Shown here: positions 59,743 through 64,000 of the stretch, piece by piece
Position numbering within the stretch: position 1 is the first letter of the stretch
Layout of the letters: every line of letters starts with the position of its first letter
Source of the DNA: Dicyema japonicum
Lineage: Eukaryota > Animalia > Dicyemida
Direction of reading: 5' to 3'
DNA: 64,000 bases
NCBI GenBank assembly: GCA_011109175.1
Contig: RDEW01000012.1
Location: 970,552-1,034,551, forward strand
Program-made: the position numbers and the translations under genes
Notes under the pieces: model-generated
Told to the model about the DNA's origin: nothing
What the model saw: only the letters and a program-made list of their open reading frames with translations
Databases searched by the model: none

Positions 59743-62700
59743 ATGGGAGTCAGTTTTGAAAATGATTCTTCGATCCCAGGTTTACCACGATTCATCAATC
59801 TAGAACTTCAAAATCTGGATTGGCTTGTCAACAAAAGCTTCACCCCCTCCTCAGTCAAAGCCAAACTCCATGCTCCCCCGAAATTAGATAAAAGTCTTCA
59901 TTATTAATATATCGAAGGTCCAGTGGACTTTGAAATAAACAGAAAGATGGTCAAATCTAATCTTGGTGGTCTCTACAAGTATGATGTCCCTGAATACAAG
60001 TCCCCTGCTCCAAAAAAACAATTAAACACGAAATTTTACAGCCAGGAAGTTATCCCTAAATCTCTTCGTTATTTTTCTTCAAAATCCGAGAAAATCATCC
60101 GCGAAAATTCTAGCCAAATTGACGACTCATCAATTTTGCTTTCATTGGGTCCCAAAACAGCTGAAATGAACAAATCCTGCCTAGAAAGCCCCCAAGACTG
60201 TGAAAAATGGCTGACCCTGCTTAAACTACAGGACGATGAGTTTGTGAGTCACTATGACTCCTCTGAACATTCAGGGATGCAACACAGACGACTTGTGGAA
60301 CGGAAATTGGCCATATTAGTACGTGCTATTGAGTTCAACAGTGAAAATTTGATGCTTGTCCTTGAACGACTCCGTCTACTTGAACAGATCGAAGACCACG
60401 TGACAGTTAGAAGACAGTATGACCAGCTATTGTTGACTCAAACCAGCCAACCCCTGTTTTGGGAGAGATATATTGGATTTGTGAAGGTAACTGATGGTTG
60501 GACGTTGTAGAGCAGCTCTGTTGCTAATTTTAGCTTTCTTAGAACTGCAAGACTCTATGAGAAGGCTATAAGTACTCTACTGGCTGCGAAGAGGAGGAGG
60601 ATTACTGCTCATGACTATGCTGTTTTTGGTATGCTTTGTTTTTATTTCTACGTGGTTTTCGGGGTTATATGCTTACTTGCTTATTGAAGAGGAAATTTAC
60701 TATTATTTGTATTATTGCTAAATAAGGAGGGAGATTTTGTATTTGCTCTATTATTAAAATTTTTATGTTTGTATTTTTTTATTTATTAAAACGGGATATT
60801 TTATCAAATTGTGTATTATTTACTTTTGAAAGCGGGAAAATTCTTAAATATTTTTGCATTGTTTATTAAGCGGGCAATTCTGTCATTATTTATATTATTA
60901 TCTTCCTTAATGATAACCTCAAACGTGTAGTATCCCTCATAACCCAACTACCATAATTATCTTACTATTTATGTTTAGAACTAATAATATCATATATTGA
61001 CTTTATGACAAATTGTGGATATTTGGAACGTTCTATCACAATCATACAATGTCTATTAGAGTTCAATACCAAGACAACCTCCTTTCTCTCAAGGTCACTC
61101 ACTCCTCAACTTTTGATTCGTTTTGACCTCTTTTTCCAGTCTGGACAACCGCTAATTGGGCAACAGGACTCTAATGGATGGGACAAGTTTTATCTGTCAC
61201 AGAACTCTCGACAAGATCCCATCCAGGAGAACCTCCCATTCGACCGTGATGACATTAACCGGAATAAATTGTGGATTTACCTCGAAAGACTGAGAGATTA
61301 CAATCACTGGCTGCCTCTCAGAGACCAATACCTTATTGATGAGTGTGAGGACGTCGACAGGCTCTGTTCTTTCAGTGATGTCCAGACCGTCCTATGTCAT
61401 ATCGAAGAAACTGATTACTTGACCAGTCTGGCACACGTGGCTGCCAATACTGTACTTCGATGTCCCCGATTCTCAACCGAATTGGACTTTTCCATTAACA
61501 ACGACGACTTTGAACGGATGTTCTTTTACAAACTTGTCCACCACTTCGGAATCACCCCAGATGGAGTCAATGGGTCTCTCCAGTTTGTCACGAACATGGC
61601 TGAATCCCTGGAAGTCTTTAACGTGGACTTGGTTACCTCCCTTTATAAGAATAATCTTATAAGGGAATTTATTTTGACTGAAAAGCTTGCTTATAACTCT
61701 CATGATGATTCAAAATACAGTTCCGTGAAGAAAATGACCAAACATTTGCTAAGCAAACAAATATTCCGCAATTCTCTGCCACTCTACAGTTTCTACATGT
61801 TCACGGAGTTCCTTGAAGGCAATCTGAAGCACGCCCGTAAACTCTTCTACTCAGTGACTCAGGGATTCTCCCAATCAGATAGATTGGGCTTCCTCATAAA
61901 AACTCAGAAAGTGACCCAGCTATACGACTTCCTTGCCCAATTCATAGAACTGGAACTTGGCTTCTCGTCATTCTTTTTCACTCAGAACAACGCCATTCTT
62001 GAGAGAAAATGCAACAAATTTGCTACCTCAGAGCCTACGTCAGCAGAAGTCGATGCTTTGAAGGCACTTTGCATTGTCTCCCTCGTGTGGAATATCGAGG
62101 ACAACTTCTCTGTTAACCTATTAGACAGGAATACTTCCATTTCCGTTAAAAATATCATCAGTGAGGGTATTTCCTCCACGACCAATCTTCAAGCTTCTAG
62201 ATTGTTCTCAAAGATCCCTGAAGGTCATGGAAATTCTTCAATTTGTCACTGCCACGGGATTTTCAGTTTACTTGTGAATGGGTGGGACAACTGTGAGATA
62301 ACATATTTGAGTCATTTGAGGATAAACCACTCCAACGACTTGTAAGGCATTTTATGTGCCTGATTTGATCCCTTTTTTATCAGAGGAAGTTAACGGCCTC
62401 CAAAGTTGCAGCTTTGATCCACGAATGCATTCCTTCGCTCCCAATGAGTTCTCTCTGCTTTCTCTTATCATTGAGGTTAATTCCACGTTTCTCCACGCTC
62501 AAAGGTATTTATATGACTTATTGCAGAGCTCGGAACGCCTTCCTTGCTGCCAGGCATCAAAAAAGGTCTCCACAGATCATAATAATGCACATTTTGTACG
62601 AACTCGAGGATCTGAATGCTCTAGTGGTTTGTTTTGTTTACCAACATTTAGTCCTCCCCAACGGATTGGACTCATCAACAGAATACGCAAGTTGTACAAC

Positions 62701-63037
62701 TATTTTTGTGTTTTGCCTGAGTCTGGGTCATTTCCCCTTATTTGGCGACTTTTTTTGAAGTTTGAGGTAACTTTGATGTTGAATTGTTTAGAATGAGTTT
62801 GGTACGAAGAATGACCTTAATTCTGAGTATTTCCGAGGTATTCAGATTTGTCCATGGTGTAAGGTTTGGTTGGTTATTGAGTAAAGAATTTGTGTATGGA
62901 TTATTTGGTATTCACCTGGGAATTTGGATGAGGTTGTAAGTGTGATGGTGGATAAGGGAATTCGTGTTAGGGTCCCAATTGAGGAGATTGAATTACTCAT
63001 TGGAATTGAAATGAGGAAAATTGAATTGGACTATTAA
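59743..63037 (+). CDS. NRDE2: NRDE2 (nuclear RNAi-defective 2 / nuclear exosome regulator), multi-exon
   Basis: N-terminal LDWLVNKSF; P.D.EKWL.L..QD; ERKLAIL.RAIE.N; W..LER.R..NHWLP.R..CEDVDR..F.DV; PLIWRLFL.F; CPWCK; M.DKGIRVR.PIEE. Introns at 59780-59803 (possible), 59894-59917, 60487-60510, 60629-60978, about 62342-62411 (uncertain), 62767-62791 and 62864-62886. One apparent indel at about 62908. Confidence 0.9.
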
Positions 63038-63764
63038 TATGTATTTTATATTTTAAATCTTTTTTATTGTTTTTTGATTTGTCTTTGTATATTAGTTGGT
63101 CTTTGATTATTCAGTCAACTCACAATTGTAACAACATTCTCATTAAAGACAAACAAAGTCGTAGCGATATTTATGGGGAACTACGTTTTATTAAAAATTC
63201 TGCCAGGAGGCCTGGCTTCGTTCGCAGTTTACCCACTCTAGCTTCAAAGCCTAGTATGGAAGTACGTGCCATCCACTCTGGTCCTCACAAGAAAAATTTA
63301 ATCCACTCCACTACCATGCTCGGAAACTGGGGACTGAATGTCTTTAATTAGCTGTTTACTGATAATTTTTTTCAGTTTGTTTGAAATTAATAAAATTAAT
63401 TATTAAATAAGGTTTTGTAAACAATGGCAATAAACCTTACTTTTAACTGAAATGGTATTTTGAATTCGACATTTTTACCCGCATCATTAACAGCCTAAAA
63501 TTAGCACATTGAGTCAACATTGACTTTGTCCATGAGTATTAGAAGTGCGACGAGACCGAACACATCCCAATTATACATACTCCCTTATATCTCTGATTGA
63601 AGATTCTAACCTAGCTAATCCAACAACTATCATCAATGTACTCAATTTTAAGAGTCTCGTTCTTCTTAATAAGGAATGACAAGACTCCCACCTGATTTGC
63701 TCCAAGAGCCTACTTTTAAAATTTATTATTGTGAGTCCGAGTATTTCTTAAAATTTGGAGTAGC

Positions 63765-64000
63765 CTTGATATAGGCATTCCCGTGACGTCTTCCACCTTG
63801 GATAGCCACCGAGTCCTTGGTCGGCCAGGTCTTCTCTTCCCAGTAATATTGCTCAGCATAATGGTTCTTTCCAGTGAATCAAAACGGACAACATGCCCAA
63901 AGAACGCCGATCTGTGTTTTACGATTCTTCCTTCTAGCGAAATGTCAGTCTCTACCAGTTTGAGTTCATCGGTGTTTGTTATTTTGGAAGTCCAAGGATG
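63765..64000 (-). mobile_element. RTE 3' fragment running off the window
   Basis: Close nucleotide copy of 53468-53700. Confidence 0.88.

Overview
AT-rich eukaryotic DNA, probably from an animal (core-2/I-branching glycosyltransferase with an animal-type stem, cadherin-like repeats). It has very small spliceosomal introns, mostly 19-27 nt; a dicyemid or myxozoan-like reduced parasite is a guess. Four host genes can be reconstructed by hand: ORC4 (- strand, about 11 introns), a GT14 core-2/I-branching GlcNAc-transferase, a divergent LC8-type dynein light chain, and NRDE2. A small IBR-like zinc-finger gene is possible. The rest is mostly nested transposon debris. The non-LTR retrotransposons are CRE-clade, R4-like, RTE and Ingi/Vingi/I-like LINEs. 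The DNA transposons are hAT (8-bp TSD), IS630/Tc1-like (TA TSD, modular TIRs) and Ginger-like (TGT...ACA ends, 5-bp TSD). Only one TE ORF is long and intact (R4-like, 827 codons). The least expected signal is that much of the apparent spacer between TEs reads as decayed cadherin-repeat coding sequence at about ten sites on both strands. Also notable: a LINE group sharing an unfamiliar C-terminal motif, a CRE element with an N-terminal PHD finger, a 523-bp bipartite RTE with a perfect TSD, and an ORC4 intron with no AG acceptor. Caveats: frameshifts in the conserved host genes fall in homopolymers, which suggests assembly indel errors. All family assignments come from motif recognition by eye, not from database searches.
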